A stretch of 64,000 nucleotides of DNA, taken from positions 24,065,165 through 24,129,164 of the forward strand of contig JARFYF010000050.1 in the NCBI GenBank assembly GCA_030265395.1. Direction: 5' to 3'. Both the position numbers and the translations under genes were made by a program. Under the pieces are notes generated by a model. It made no database searches and was not told where the DNA came from. It saw only the letters and a program-made list of their open reading frames with translations. Position 1 is the stretch's first letter, and every line of letters starts with the position of its first letter. Positions 36,621-49,960 of the stretch are shown in pieces. Source of the DNA: Rhina ancylostomus (Eukaryota).

Positions 36621-39600
36621 CACTGAAATAACACAGAAAAGTCAAATTAAAAACAAAAATAAAGTGAGGAAAGAACATTGATAAATGACTATTTTTTAAA
36701 AAGTCACTATTTTGTGATNNNNNNNNNNNNNNNNNNNNNNNNNNNNNNNNNNNNNNNNNNNNNNNNNNNNNNNNNNNNNNNNNNNNNNNNNNNNNNNNNN
36801 NNNNNNNNNNNNNNNNNNAAAGTCACTATTTTGAGATTTATTCTTATTTATTGTAAAGGTACAGGAATATTTAGTACTTATGGAATGATTGATAAATGGT
36901 ATATCGCAAAAGTTCATCAAATTGGATTCTACACTCTCCAATGTGGTGCATCAATTACACATCACTCCTCATTACACATCCACCCAGTGGGTGCCCTGGC
37001 ATGTTTTTGTATTCATAGTGAAACAAATCAAAGGCTAGTTTGCAAAATTGGGCAAGATACAGAAGATGAGCAGTTTGTTAAATATATGCAGAATTAGGAA
37101 ATTTAGCCAACACCTTGTCAAACACCAATGAGTTTGGGAGTTACAATTTTTTCATTTTCTGTTATTTATATGCCATCCTTCAGTGGGGGCTGAGACATAT
37201 TGCTCAGATCCCTGTGCTGATTGCTGAGATATTCTTGACCCTTGAAGGTTTTGTAAGTAATAGGCATGAAACAACAGAAGTGGAAGTGCTCTGCGTAGAG
37301 TTCCTGATTCCATTTCCTCTGAATTCAATCCTATTCTGGGCCAATGCTAAATCAGTCCTACGATCGTGGGGAAATTGGTGAAGATTGGTAGGATATTGTA
37401 AAGATCTGTTATCGTACCTGAAATAGCAGCCGGAGCAATTCAAAGTCTGGAATTAGGAATAAATCTCAATGAGACTTTTAAATTAATCACCTATAAATGT
37501 ACTATCCTCTCTTTATTTTCCTTTTTAGTTTGACTTTANNNNNNNNNNNNNNNNNNNNNNNNNNNNNNNNNNNNNNNNNNNNNNNNNNNNNNNNNNNNNN
37601 NNNNNNNNNNNNNNNNNNNNNNNNNNNNNNNNNNNNNNTTATCCTTAAACTTAACTAGTTCAGGAGAAAACTTCCCATCACAGATGCTGCCTGATCTGCT
37701 GAGTTCCTCCAGCAGTTTGTTTTTTTGGACAAGTTACAATCCTTTTATAAATGTAAATGATTCAATCATATCTCTTCAGAGTTCATATTTATCCTAGTAA
37801 GAACCCCAAGCTCCCTGACCCTGTTCAGAGAACTAAGAACCCTTAATCTAGGTTTCAGTCTTATGGTTTATCTCTGAACCTTCTTCAGAGCTCTTACAGT
37901 GTTTGTCATGGGAGGGGAATGATGCTGGATGCTGTATCCAAGATGTGGGCTGACCAAGGGTTTTCTCAGGTGAGAACCATTATTGAAGCTTAGTGGAGTG
38001 AGACACTCTCTTTCTTCATGCTGGACTTTGTACTTCCCTGATCCATCAATCCAGTAGACATTGTGTTTGACTCTGCCATCTGCTCTGTTATTGGAGAGAG
38101 TGTACATAGCTCAGTTATGAATTACTGATGCATCTCTGGCATGCTTCTTCTCAATAATGGTCCACAAGATTTAGTATCTANNNNNNNNNNNNNNNNNNNN
38201 NNNNNNNNNNNNNNNNNNNNNNNNNNNNNNNNNNNNNNNNNNNNNNNNNNNNNNNNNNNNNNNNNNNNNNNNNNNNNNNNTATTTTACTTATTATCATAA
38301 GTAGTTATTAATAAAGTAGTTCTTAACACGTATACATGTCTCGGTGTGTTTCTGTTGTTGCTGGTACGTAACACCAGTCTCAGGTGGAACAATGGGAGGC
38401 CCCATCACCATTGGGTACTTATGCATATGTGAGATGTGAACATCTAGGTGAAAATATAACTAACTACCAAAGTTGACCCACTTTAGTGCAAGCAGCTGCA
38501 CTGGGGTATGGCTATAGGTCTGTGACAGTGTACAGTCAAGAGGAATGAAGACCTCTGGTTTTGGTTTATTATTATTATCACTTGTACTGAGGTACTGTGA
38601 AAATCTTGTCTTGCATGTTGATCATAAGGGCAATTCATTACACAGTGCAGTAACATTGAGTTAGTACAAAGGGCATTGATGTAGTACAGGTAGAAACGAT
38701 AACAGTACGGAGGAACTATCCTCTGAGTTCCTTAGTTCCTCTGAGGAACTATCTTCACAGATGTCATACGACACTTAAAAAATTCAGATGCTTGTAGACA
38801 AAAGAAAGGAAATATGATTTAGTTGTGCTAAAATCATAATTAGGTATTTAATTAAAATTGGCTTTCTTGCATTTTTAACCACTGTTGACATGAAGCTAGC
38901 ATATTGTATCTCCATGCTTGTCTTATTTTTCCTGTTGTTATTGAGCTCTGTCTTTTGGTCTTTGATTGAGAGGGATGCAGATGTGCCACTTATCTGTGTG
39001 GACTGTGCCGGTTGCAGTAAACCACCTTCAGTTCTGCCCCTTTATTGACATGTTGTTCCTCCTTGTCCCATTAGGAACAAAGAAACAGGCCTCTGACAGA
39101 GTAAAGGTGAGTTTTTCACATGGTGGATTCAGGGCATTCCAAGACACTGATATGAGACAGATGAATCACACTGTGTAAGGGTCGAGGTGACGGCCAATGG
39201 TAGATGGCTAAACGGCAAGATAACGAAGTGGTTCAAAGTGAACATTGGCTGCTTTTGGAAGCTGATGTGATAACATGTTCGCATGGCCAATAATCTTGTA
39301 TCAAAACACAAAAGTAGGTATTATTTGGCATCATATTTGTATGAGAAATATTACATTTGTTTAGCTATTTGTATTATAGCTTCCTCACTAAACCAGTAGA
39401 ACTTGGTTGACATATATGCAACATATCAACTACACTAAAGTTATGACCACAAAGTGCTACCAGATGTAAACGTGATGTTTCTTTAACCAATAAACTCCAT
39501 TACAGATTTAAGGTAACTCTAAGTAAAGAATTATTCCAATAATTAACAAAATCACAAGCTGGATCTGGATGCCAAAGTTTTTTTCTTGGCCATTGTAGTT

Positions 39601-40254
39601 TAGCCCTCTAAAAGACTCTGCATGGCATCTTATTCACAACATCCAATGTTTCCTTTGCCTGAACTGCTCTTTCATGCATCAAACTTCCTGATGTTTGATC
39701 TAAATATGCTCTTTCTTTCCCCTTTAAACCTGTGATCCTTGGTATTTTCACTATTAAGGTAGAATCTGCATATTGAATCTACTCAATCAGCATGTATGAC
39801 ATTCTCCAATTTCCACTTTACTACTTTGATTACACAGGGCAGCGTGCTTTTTGTTCCACTGATCGCTGATTTACAGCAACCAAATTTACTTAACACCAGT
39901 TAACTAATAACCCATTTAATTCTTGGATTCACATTACCTTACATTCATCTTCACTGAGTTCCATATGTCACTTAATGTATTTAAATTTTTTAAAATTTAA
40001 TTTCCTTAGATTCATTTTCTCCACCCTGGACTGATTCATTAGCCAATATTCCTTTAGAGCATAGATCCATCGGAATGTAAATTTTCTTATTGTTTGATAT
40101 GAAAATGTTTGTTGTAGCTCAAAAAACATTCAAATCTTGGCAAAAAAATTCAAAACATGGCCTTGAAATGGTACAAGAAGCTTTGCATAAAGTCTCAAGC
40201 TTGAGTGATACAGGAAATAAGGATGGAATTTTCACCAATTTAATTTCTCACAAA

Positions 40255-40745
40255 AACAAAAAAAAAATGAAAATACTCAATGGGTCAGGCAGCATTCGTG
40301 GAGAGAGAAACATTTCAGTTTGATGATCTTTTATGAGAATTACAAAGTCAGAAATGAAACATGCTTTAACTTGTAGGGAAAGGGAGGGGTGGGAGAACGA
40401 AGGAAATAACTATGATAGTGTGGAGACCCAGAGAGATTGATTAACACAAAAGATGGTGGTGACAGTTAAGAGGATGGTGAAATTGTTAATTGTTTTTAAG
40501 GATTATTCTGGAGTTGTGAAATTATGGAGAGCGGATGCTAATTAAAATGAGAACCAATCTTCAGGAAATAAAACCTGTTTCTGCAACTTGAAAATAATTT
40601 TGTATCTCCTTTCCAGTTCTGACCAAGGGTCTTTGATGTGAACCGTTAACCATTTCACTTTCCACAGACGCTGCCTGGCCTGCTGAGTGTTTCCAGATTT
40701 TCATTTTGTTTTCATTTCAGATTTCCAGCATCTGCAGTTTGTTTT
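40255..40745. repeat. Palindromic-family element with about 300-nt purine-rich spacer
   Basis: Left arm aaatactcaatgggtcaggcagcattcgtggagagag and right arm tccacagacgctgcctggcctgctgagtgtttccag..tttcagatttccagcatctgcag. Confidence 0.7.
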
Positions 40746-40899
40746 GGGTTTTCAGACAGATATGATTTTCTGCCTCTACCAGGCATAGATTTCTTTTTTA
40801 AGTTGACCTTAATGGACATGTGCAAATTCTGTTGATGAATTTCAGAGAAATCTGCCCTTTTGTTTTGTAACTTCGAAAGCAATTTTTGGATGTTTCCAA

Positions 40900-41720
40900 C
40901 TAAATAATCAGTTAAGGAGTGTTCGGTGAATTTCAATTTGGGATTCGGCTGCATTCTTATTCAACACCGCACTGCGACGCCCGCAGAGTGTGCAACATCT
41001 TTCATAGCCGAGGGAATCCGGGGCTGCCTGTTTAAATCCATTTGTTGTCTCTGATTTGTAAAGAACGCACTGAAGAGTGACAAAGATATTGACCAACTTT
41101 CACTCTGGCAAGCTTTCTAACTTTACTTCCTGAAACGGGTTGGACTGGCGTCCATCTGAGCCAATGAGAAGCTGCGGTTGGATTCACTGCCATCCCCAGC
41201 CTCGGCTCGTTGCAGGACTTCGCTCTGGGCAAATTGAGATGAGTCTTTGGGCTTTCGGTCCAGAATTGATTGACTCTGGAGTTCGCTTCACCAAGTGTGA
41301 CGTTCACAGCTGGAACTGGGAATCAAAGGCAACTGCAACCTGTTGGCGAGTTTCAACCAGTGAGTCCAAATTCGATTTATGTTCTGATGTGGAACTATTG
41401 ATTCTCTTTTTTGCTGGTCAGTTTGTTAATTTGAGTCGCTTTATAATTGCGTCCAGGTTGTGGTCACTGTAGGATTGTCTTGAGACAGATGACTGAATGA
41501 TACAATACAGTGAGAACGTGTAAAGATGAAGTGCACCCATACAGCTCTTTTGGCTTTGTTGTTGGCGCTGTTCAGGAGCACGGTCCCTGGTGTGCCTCCT
41601 GACAGCTGAAACTGTTTGCAGAAACCGGTGCTCAAAATGTAGTAAAGAGATTCTGTGATGATAAGCAACCGCCCAGATTTCTGGAGGCGCCGGTTGACTG
41701 TTAAACCGGCGTAATTATCA
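40900..41720 (+). promoter_or_regulatory. CpG-enriched promoter-like region with putative non-coding first exon
   Basis: Visibly more CpGs than the flanks and no recognised repeats. ETS core ACTTCCTG at 41125-41132, NF-Y-type GAGCCAATGAG (CCAAT 41161-41165), and consensus donor CA|GTGAGT at 41360. Confidence 0.55.
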
Positions 41721-42224
41721 CATTCAGTTCTCTCAGTGGGGTGGAAAGCTTAAGAGCAGCTCAAAATATCATCATCAAATGTCATCAAAATATCATCATC
41801 GTTGGTAATCTAGACAGGCATTTTACAGCTGGCTTAATTGAACGTGTTCTACTTTACTGTGGCAAAGTTTCGTTGCTTGTGCCTTTCTGTTTCTTGATTA
41901 GTGGACATGTGATAGCGATGGGAAACTGGCTTTTCCGTGGGGAAATGTCGAATGCTTTAGACGTTTATGGTGAGGTCATAAGCTCTGTGATCATAACAAT
42001 TTTCCGAATGGCTCGGGGCTCCCTACATATTAAGTAGCTGGTCTATGCAGTCCAAGAAGGTCTGAGACTTGCCTCCCTATTCAAGGTTAACTTGGATGTC
42101 AGATGCTACAGTTAGTCGCAACACTCTTGGGTGAAGAAAAGGAAGCTTTGACCAGGATTTCTACTTCTGATGTCTGCAAAGAGAAGTGTGTCTGTGTGAG
42201 AGAAAGAGAACATTAGGTGAATCC

Positions 42225-43005
42225 CATAGAGAACATTTGGAAGATTGAATTTGAAGGCAGGATACAAGGTTAATGGTTGGACTCTTAGCAGTGTGGAGGA
42301 ACAGAGGGATCTTGGGGTCCACATCCCAACCCTTCAAGGTTGCCGCACAGGTCGATAGGGTTGTTAAGAAAGCATATGGAGTGTTGGCCTTCAGTAGTTG
42401 GGGTGTTGAGTTCAAGAGCCACAAGGTGAAGTTGCAACACTATAGAACTCTGGTCAGATCACACTTGGAGTATTGTGTTCAGTTCTGGTTGACTCATTAT
42501 AGAAACAATGTGGAAGCTTTAGAGAGGGTGCAGAGGAGATTTACCAGGATGTTGCCTGGTTTGGAGAGCATGTCTTATGAGGATAGGTTGAGCGAGCTAG
42601 GCTTTTCTCTTGGAGTGAAGGAGGATGAGAGGTGACTTGATAGAGTGTTCAAGATGATAAGAGACATAGATTGAGTGGACAGTCAGAGACTTTTTCCCAG
42701 GGCGACAATGGCTAANNNNNNNNNNNNNNNNNNNNNNNNNNNNNNNNNNNNNNGCAAAAGTGACTAATACAAGGGGGCATAATTTTAAGGTGATTGGAGG
42801 AAGGTATAAGGAGGATGTCAGAGGTAAGTTGGTTTTACACAGAGTGGTGGGTGCGTGGAACACACTGCTGGCAGAGCTTGTGGAGACAGACAGAAAAACG
42901 GAGTGCTACATGGGAGGGAAGGGTTATTATAAATCTTAGAGCAGGAAAAAATGTCAACACAACATTGTGGACTGAAGGGCTGGTACTGTGCTGTAATGTT
43001 TATGA
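42225..43005 (+). mobile_element. CR1 LINE 3' region (contains a gap)
   Basis: ORF 42273..42635 reads VAAQVDRVVKKAYGVLAF..YRTLVRSHLEYCVQFW..LERVQRRFTRMLPGL, with tail gactgaagggctggtactgtgctgtaatgt. Confidence 0.92.
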
Positions 43006-43354
43006 ATCCACATAATCAGCCCACGACTCCTCAAGTGGATATTATTCAGATTTTAAAGAGTTTTATGTCCCAAGAGTAGTTACTAATAGCAGTGAAAGAC
43101 TGGTTCTTCAGAGGGTTTATTGCAGGACATTTGAAAAGAGAACTTTTGTGTTTCAAACTCGTCGATCTTCATTTCAAGCCCTGGTATTCCTCATCTATTT
43201 CTTTCAGCTCATATAGACCCTGGTTTCCTTAAGCAAAAATACTTTACATCAATTGAAATTACACTGCAGAATGGGTCAATTTTAATAACTTTAAAGGAAG
43301 CTTTATAACAATAATATGCTGAGTTTCCCAGTGAAGACAAAATATAAAAGTCAG

Positions 43355-43572
43355 AAAACTTCAGATGATGGGAATCTGAAATGAAAAGAAAATTGTTGGA
43401 AGTGCTCAGGTAGCATCTGTGGAAGGAGAAACTGACCAGAACTTGATGAGAGGACCTTTCATTGAACTGAAATGTTAACTCAAAGATCATTAACTTGAAA
43501 CATTAATTTTGCCTCTCTCTCCACAGCTGCTAGCTGACAACTGAGTATCTCTAGCATTTTCTGTTTTTATTT
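43355..43572. repeat. Palindromic element, same family
   Basis: gaaaattgttggaagtgctcaggtagcatctgtggaaggaga pairs with ctctctccacagctgctagctgacaactgagtatctctagcattttc. Confidence 0.72.
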
Positions 43573-45133
43573 AAGGCATATTTATGATCAGTGGTATGAT
43601 CATTCCAAGGTTTTAAGGGGTAACTTCATTCAATTTTGGGTCTTATTGTCACAATGTTGATCTGGAGCAAATTCACAGAGAATCCAAACACGGCACACTG
43701 ATACAAGACTGGAGTCAGGGTACTTCCTCAGGACAAACACAGGCAGTAANNNNNNNNNNNNNNNNNNNNNNNNNNNNNNNNNNNNNNNNNNNNNNNNNNN
43801 NNNNNNNNNNNNNNNNNNNNNNNNNNNNNNNNNNNNNNNNNNNNNNNNNCCAGCATGGAATCCATGTGCTGGACAACAAGGCATTAATGGAGCCAAATTG
43901 AGGGCCAGAACTCAGAACTATGACACCTATTGTTTGTTTGTGCACGTGGATTGAAATTGCTCACTACGATAGTTAATATGTGATAATATTAATACTGAAA
44001 GATTAATACTTGCATTCCAACTACAAGTTCACTGAGTGGTAATCACAACTACCAGGAAGTCTCATGTCATGTCATGTCTTGTGTATCATCTAATTATTGG
44101 CTGCAGGCTGTAATGAAATTCTTTTGCACCACTGAATTTACATGTTAAAAAACTGCCATGTATCTTTTCTTGGGTTAACTGGCAACTGTACATTACCCCC
44201 TAGTTTACAGGTAAGTGGTAGAATCTGGGGTAAGTTAATGGGAATGTGGGGAGAATAAGTAGGATCAGTGTTGGATTGGTGTAAATGGGTGCTTGATGAT
44301 TTCCCTGGACTCAGTGGGCTAGTGGGCACATTTCTGTGGTATATAATTCTATGACACAATGATTCTAATCAAATGTCAAAGCTATCCTTAACCTGAAAGA
44401 AAGACTACTGTGCCATTTTTCTGAATGTATGTAAATGAAGTAATTTCTGAACTTCTGAGAAGGTACTAATCCCACCCTCACTCATGCATAAGAATGAAAT
44501 ATAAGAGTAACTGTGTCTAACTACATATAATATTGAATCTTATTTACATGCAAAATATTACTTTATATCTTAATATTAGCCCTGTAAAATTCTCTGGTAC
44601 ATATGTAGAAACCTTGTGTTTTTAAGCTGTATTTGCATATATTTATGAGAAACGTATTAACGTAGTCTTTAGTTTTTGGCAATATACTCTTAGATTTTAG
44701 GTTTTTATTTCAGATGACCTTTCATGATAATTGAGGTAATTTGAATTTCTAAGAAACTTGAATTTTTGAATTTTCCCTGTCCTGATGAAGAGTCACTGAC
44801 CAGAAATGTTAACACTTTTTCTCTATCCACAAATGGTGCCTGATCTACTGAGGATTTCCTGAATTTTCTATTTTTAATTCAGATTTCCAGCATCTATGTT
44901 TTTTACCTTTTTGATACGTTGTCATGACCTTGCTAAACTACCGGACTTCCTACACTTTGAATTAAGTGTAATTAATATGTACGTGTGGTTGATTCTGATT
45001 ATGAAATTTTCCAGTAGAAATGAGTGAATTTACAGCAGTGATACCACATATGAGATTAGTCATTATGTTAATGGTCAGTTTAGTTGGCTTCACAAAGGAT
45101 TTAGTATTGTGTTGCATAACATGATGCTAAATT

Positions 45134-45241
45134 AAACAAGGTGGAATGCTCTGCATTCAGTTCCTTATCACTTACTGGTATGGTGAAAACAAAGTGGAAT
45201 GCTTTGCATTCAGTTCCTCATCACTCGTGGGTATGGTGAAA
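45134..45241 (+). repeat. Two-copy tandem duplication, unit about 53 nt
   Basis: aaacaaggtggaatgctctgcattcagttccttatcacttactggtatggtga followed by aaacaaagtggaatgctttgcattcagttcctcatcactcgtgggtatggtgaa. Confidence 0.9.
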
Positions 45242-46134
45242 TGCAGTCAGGCAGTCTTCTCATTATCTGCTGTTAAATGAAGTCTGGAAGTACGCTCAGG
45301 CATAAAACTAAAATCTGATCTGACAATGAATAAAACAAACCTAACCCAAGCCTGAGGGCCTATAATTTTTTTTTATACCTGAACTGTTTGCTCCTTTTTG
45401 GGTAAGGTCACATTGATCGTCCATTTTCTTGCATAGAATCTTCCCATGTGGCCGCAGTAGATTTCTGCCATGTCCCCTAATATTTTCCTTGCTACTGCAT
45501 AAAAGGGGGGAAAAAATTGTGTAAGAACTCAGTGGGTCAAGCAAAGGGACGGTTGAAGTTTCAGCTCAAGATTCTGCATCCAAACTGAGAGTGTAGAGGG
45601 AATATCGCCAATACCTAGAAGTGAGAGGGAGGGGTGAGACAGAGGCGGATAGGTCATGGCTGGAAACAGGTAGTGGGTAGGGGGGGTATGTAGGAGCCAG
45701 ATGGGGGACGGGAAGAGTTGNNNNNNNNNNNNNNNNNNNNNNNNNNNNNNNNNNNNNNNNNNNNNNNNNNNNNNNNNNNNNNNNNNNNNNNNNNNNNNNN
45801 NNNNNNNNNNNNNNNNNNNNGAGGCCTCTTAGGACTATGAACACCTACCTCAGAGTGACCTACCAATATGTTGGGGGGAATTCAATGGGGTGCTGTTGAA
45901 GAAGCAACAAAGTTGGAAAATAATTGAGTGCAGGGAAGCCTTGAATATGGGAATGTAGACATAGGAGGTAGTTCTTTTGCTCAGGGATTAGAGGCCTTGT
46001 CCTATTAACTTTGAGGTTGTGAGTTCAAGTTCACTGGAGCTGCACTGCTTTCTTGCAATAGGTTTATGGATTGTCATATTTGAGGAGGGTCGTACTTGCT
46101 TTGGAGGCTATTTACAGAAGATTTGCCAGGTTGG

Positions 46135-46420
46135 GCAGGCACGGTAGTGTAACGCTTTACAGTGCCAGTGACCCAGGTTCAATTCCGGCTGCTGTCTGTA
46201 AGGAGTTTGTACGTTTTCCATTTGACTGCATGGGTTTCCTCCAGGTGCTCCAGTTTCTTCCCACATTCCAAAGGGTTAGGAAGTTGTGGGCATGCTATGT
46301 TGGTGCTAGAAGTGTGGTGACACTTGTGGGCTGCCCCCAGAAGACTATATGCAAAAAGGTGCATTTCACTGTGTGTTTTGATGTACATGTGACCATTAAA
46401 GATATTTTAAATCTTAAAAT
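46135..46420 (+). mobile_element. tRNA-derived SINE (Rex1-tailed) inserted into an older CR1 fragment (about 46075-46870)
   Basis: ggcacggtagtgtaacgctttacagtgccagtgacccaggttcaattcc..tacatgtgaccattaaag. CR1 sequence (LALEAIYRRFARL) precedes it and resumes after it. Confidence 0.85.
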
Positions 46421-48899
46421 CTTAGGTTGAATCTTGTGATGAAGGTATTGACTTATAAGGAAAGATTGGACCGATTTGGCCTGGAGTTTAGAAAAATGAG
46501 AAGTGACCTTACCGAAATACATAAGGTTCACAGGGGACATGGCAGGATAGATGTTGAGAGATTGCAGGGTAAACTAGAATTAAGGAGCCTAATTTCTAAA
46601 TAGGAGATCATCCATGTTAGATGGAAGTAAGGAGGATTCTTTTTCTCTTAAAGTGTAGTATTTCTTTGGAATTCTCTACCTCGGAGTTGTGGAGCCTGAG
46701 TCATTGAATAAAGCTGAGATGGACACATTTTGGACTATATGGGATTTAATAGTGAACAGACAGCAAGGTCAGATTGAAGCCAAAATCAGAATGGCCATGA
46801 CCTCATTGAATAGTGGAGGAGGTTGAAGAGGGTCATGTGGCTACTCTACAGCTTTCTTCCATTTCTTATATTTTCTATCCTTTTGATAATAGGGATTCAT
46901 CCCTCTGTTTGCTGTTTCTCTTTTCAAATGTTCATTTTACGCCTAAATTAGTACTTCACATATTTCCTTGATAATTGCAGATGATATGTGGCATAGAATG
47001 ATCATTTTCAACAGTACAGATTATTCTTAACTAAATGTAGCAAAATTATCCTTAAAATATTGACATTGCTTTCAAATTGTCATGACAGTTCTTATTATAT
47101 ATATTGTCATATATAATTAAAAATATATTTTGATGAAGTAATGAAATATTAAAAGAATTACAGATGCAGGGTCTCTATCTGAAACATTGATCATTGCTTT
47201 GCCTCCACAGATACTGCTTAACCCATTAAATTCTTACAGCAATTTGGCTTTTTTGCAGAAGAATTACCAGTTTAGAAATGTAATTGCTTCATTTACCAAT
47301 TATCATTTATCAATTGCCCTAAAAGTTTTGTGATGAATTCAACCAATATATTTCATCAGGATCACATCAAATTCCAGCAATAACTGCATACGTATCTGTA
47401 CCTGCAGAGCGCACATATACTATTTTAAAATCCAATACTGGAGCACACTGTACAAGTTTACATGTGCATATTTCTGATGGTTGCTGCCTTTGGGATTTGC
47501 TGTGCTATAATTACACCGTCCCATGTTTTGATACAATTATCCTTGGCACTGACACTGACACTGACGCATCATCTAAAGATTACACTTAATTTTGAATGCC
47601 CATCTCCAACATCATGGGCAATGGAGAGGATATATTAAAATTAGTCCTACAGTTCACACTTCCTCTCCTTCTCGCACAGTTTTCTACAACATAATTATTT
47701 GTCTTTTTTTTCTAACTCCTGGCTATTTCTTCCCAAGTTGTACCTTGTTCTCTTTGCTTTGTTCTATTTCCCAAGGTGAAATGTTATTTACACAGCTAAA
47801 CCAGATTTCATACCTTTGCTGGATAATTGTATGTGATAGGGCAGGTGAAAATATCCAGCATTCCCATTTGGATAAAAAGCATATTGTTTTCATCTTTCAA
47901 ATGAACTCCTTGTGACTCCTTGGTTGGGAACAGCATTTAAAGTTTTGTGCCTCTCAATTTGTCTTGCTGCAGTTTTGTCAGCATTATTTCTAGTCCGCTC
48001 CCAGGTTTTTCACTTTGACTGAGTTGGGAACTGCATTGAAAATGTTTCTCTTTGTTTGGCTTGTGGGATGGGGACAAAGTTTTCCATTGTTTAAACTAGC
48101 TCAGGCCTGACAGTTTTGAAAAAGAAAGCAGCCAGAGGATGCTTATGGTTATTGTTGCAGTAATAAATTTCTTCCTTGGTTATTTGATACTTTCTTTGAA
48201 TGTAGATAGTTGGTTTCAGGTAAGGACTATACAGCCAAGTTTGAAAATACACACTGGTTGAGGTAATGAAAGACATAGAACATAGAATAGTACAGCACAA
48301 GAACAGGCCTTTCGGCCCATAATGTCTGCACCAACCATGAAATGCCAACTTGAACTGCACATCTGCCTGCACAGTCTATCTCCCTTCATTCCCAGCCTGT
48401 TCCTGTGTCTTACTGCCTCTTAAACTTAAATGAACAATATTAAAAGAAGAAACAGAGAAAACAGTTATAAACATAGATGATGTAGTTATGGATTGAATTG
48501 GACAGATGCTTAAGGAAAAAACAAATGGGAGACATTGGGAATTAAATTTTAGACCAGATGTTCTGTGGCACGAGTGCACTTGGGCAACAGGGGAAGGAAC
48601 AAAGAATTGGAAAAGATGGCGAGGAAAGAAAACCGGTAATTGTACATGGGAAATGTGGTANNNNNNNNNNNNNNNNNNNNNNNNNNNNNNNNNNNNNNNN
48701 NNNNNNNNNNNNNTTACTCCCATCATAAAAGAATAGTCAATGAATCTGACATGAGAAAAAAATGGCACCAAAAAGTAATCTTTAAAGTGAAGGTTGTTAA
48801 ATATCAATTTGTAAACCATAAACAACAAGTGTCTTCGAAACAGTCAATTGACCCTTGGGTGAGGCAGTGTTAATTTCCAAATTGTGTCTTTCGTGTACC

Positions 48900-49205
48900 A
48901 TGGTGGCATTGCAATCAGTGCAGCTATCTCACAGCTGCAGTGACATGGGTTCAATTCTGACCTACGGTGCTGTCTGTATGGAGTTCTTCCCGTGTTTTTC
49001 ATGGGTGCTCTGGTTTCCTTCGACAATCCAAAGAGGTACTAGTTGGTTAATTCACTGCTGTAAATTGGACCAAGTGCAGGTGGCTGGTGGGAGAAATTGG
49101 GGGAGGGGAGTTGGGGGCATGTGTGAGGGGATAGGCTGCAGGGAAATAAGTGGGGGGATGGGATTGATGGAAATATCTTGACTTAGTTTCAATAGGCAGA
49201 ATGGC
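48900..49205 (+). mobile_element. HE1/V-type SINE
   Basis: ggtggcattgcaatcagtgcagctatctcacagctgcagtgacatgggttcaattctgacct..gggtgctctggtttcc..ggttaattcactgctgtaaattg. Confidence 0.75.
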
Positions 49206-49614
49206 CTCATGTCATAAAATTATGGAAAAATATGAAATATCCTTAGTGTAGGTGGCTGGTGGGAAAACCTGGGGATTGGGGTGGCAGTGTTAATGGGCAT
49301 GTGCGAGAGAGTAAGTTATATGGAAATAAATGTGGGAATGGAATTATTTTGAAAGATAGAGTAGGGTTGATGTGGTGAATGGTCAATAATGCAAGAAAAT
49401 ACATGAAAAAAGAAATATAAATTATATTATCTCTTAACAGCAATTGAGGAACTGAGAAACAGTCTCTAAATATTCCACAAAAATCTTGGCTACTTCAACA
49501 GCACCCCTCAAACTCATTTACACCAGCACCCAGATGGACCAGGGCAGTGAGTGCATGGGAACACCAGCAGTTCCCCTCTGATTCACACCATCCTACCTTG
49601 TAAATAGGTCATGC

Positions 49615-49960
49615 CAATGTGGCATAGTGGTGCAGCAAGTAGAGCTGCTGCCTCACATCTCCAAAGATCCAGGTTCAATCCTGACCTACAGCATTCTTTG
49701 TGTGGAGTTTGCACATTCTCCCTTTGACCATGTTGGTATTTTCCAAGTGCTCTGGTTTCCTCCCACATTCCAAATACCTGTGAGTAGGTAGGCTAATTGG
49801 CTGTGTAAATCGTTCCCAGTGTTTAGGTAAGTGGTAGAATCTAGGGTTGGTTGCTGGGAATGTGGGGAGAAAAAAAGGGATTAGTGTAAATGGGAGCTTG
49901 ATGGTCAGCATGGTCTTGGTTGGCTGAAGGGCCTGCTGCTGCACTCTGACTCTATGATTC
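49615..49960 (+). mobile_element. HE1/V-type SINE with CR1-type tail
   Basis: tRNA-like head ggcatagtggtgcagcaagtagagctgctgcctcac..ggttcaatcc, core gtttcctcccacattcca, tail ggctgaagggcctg..ctctatgattct. Confidence 0.85.
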
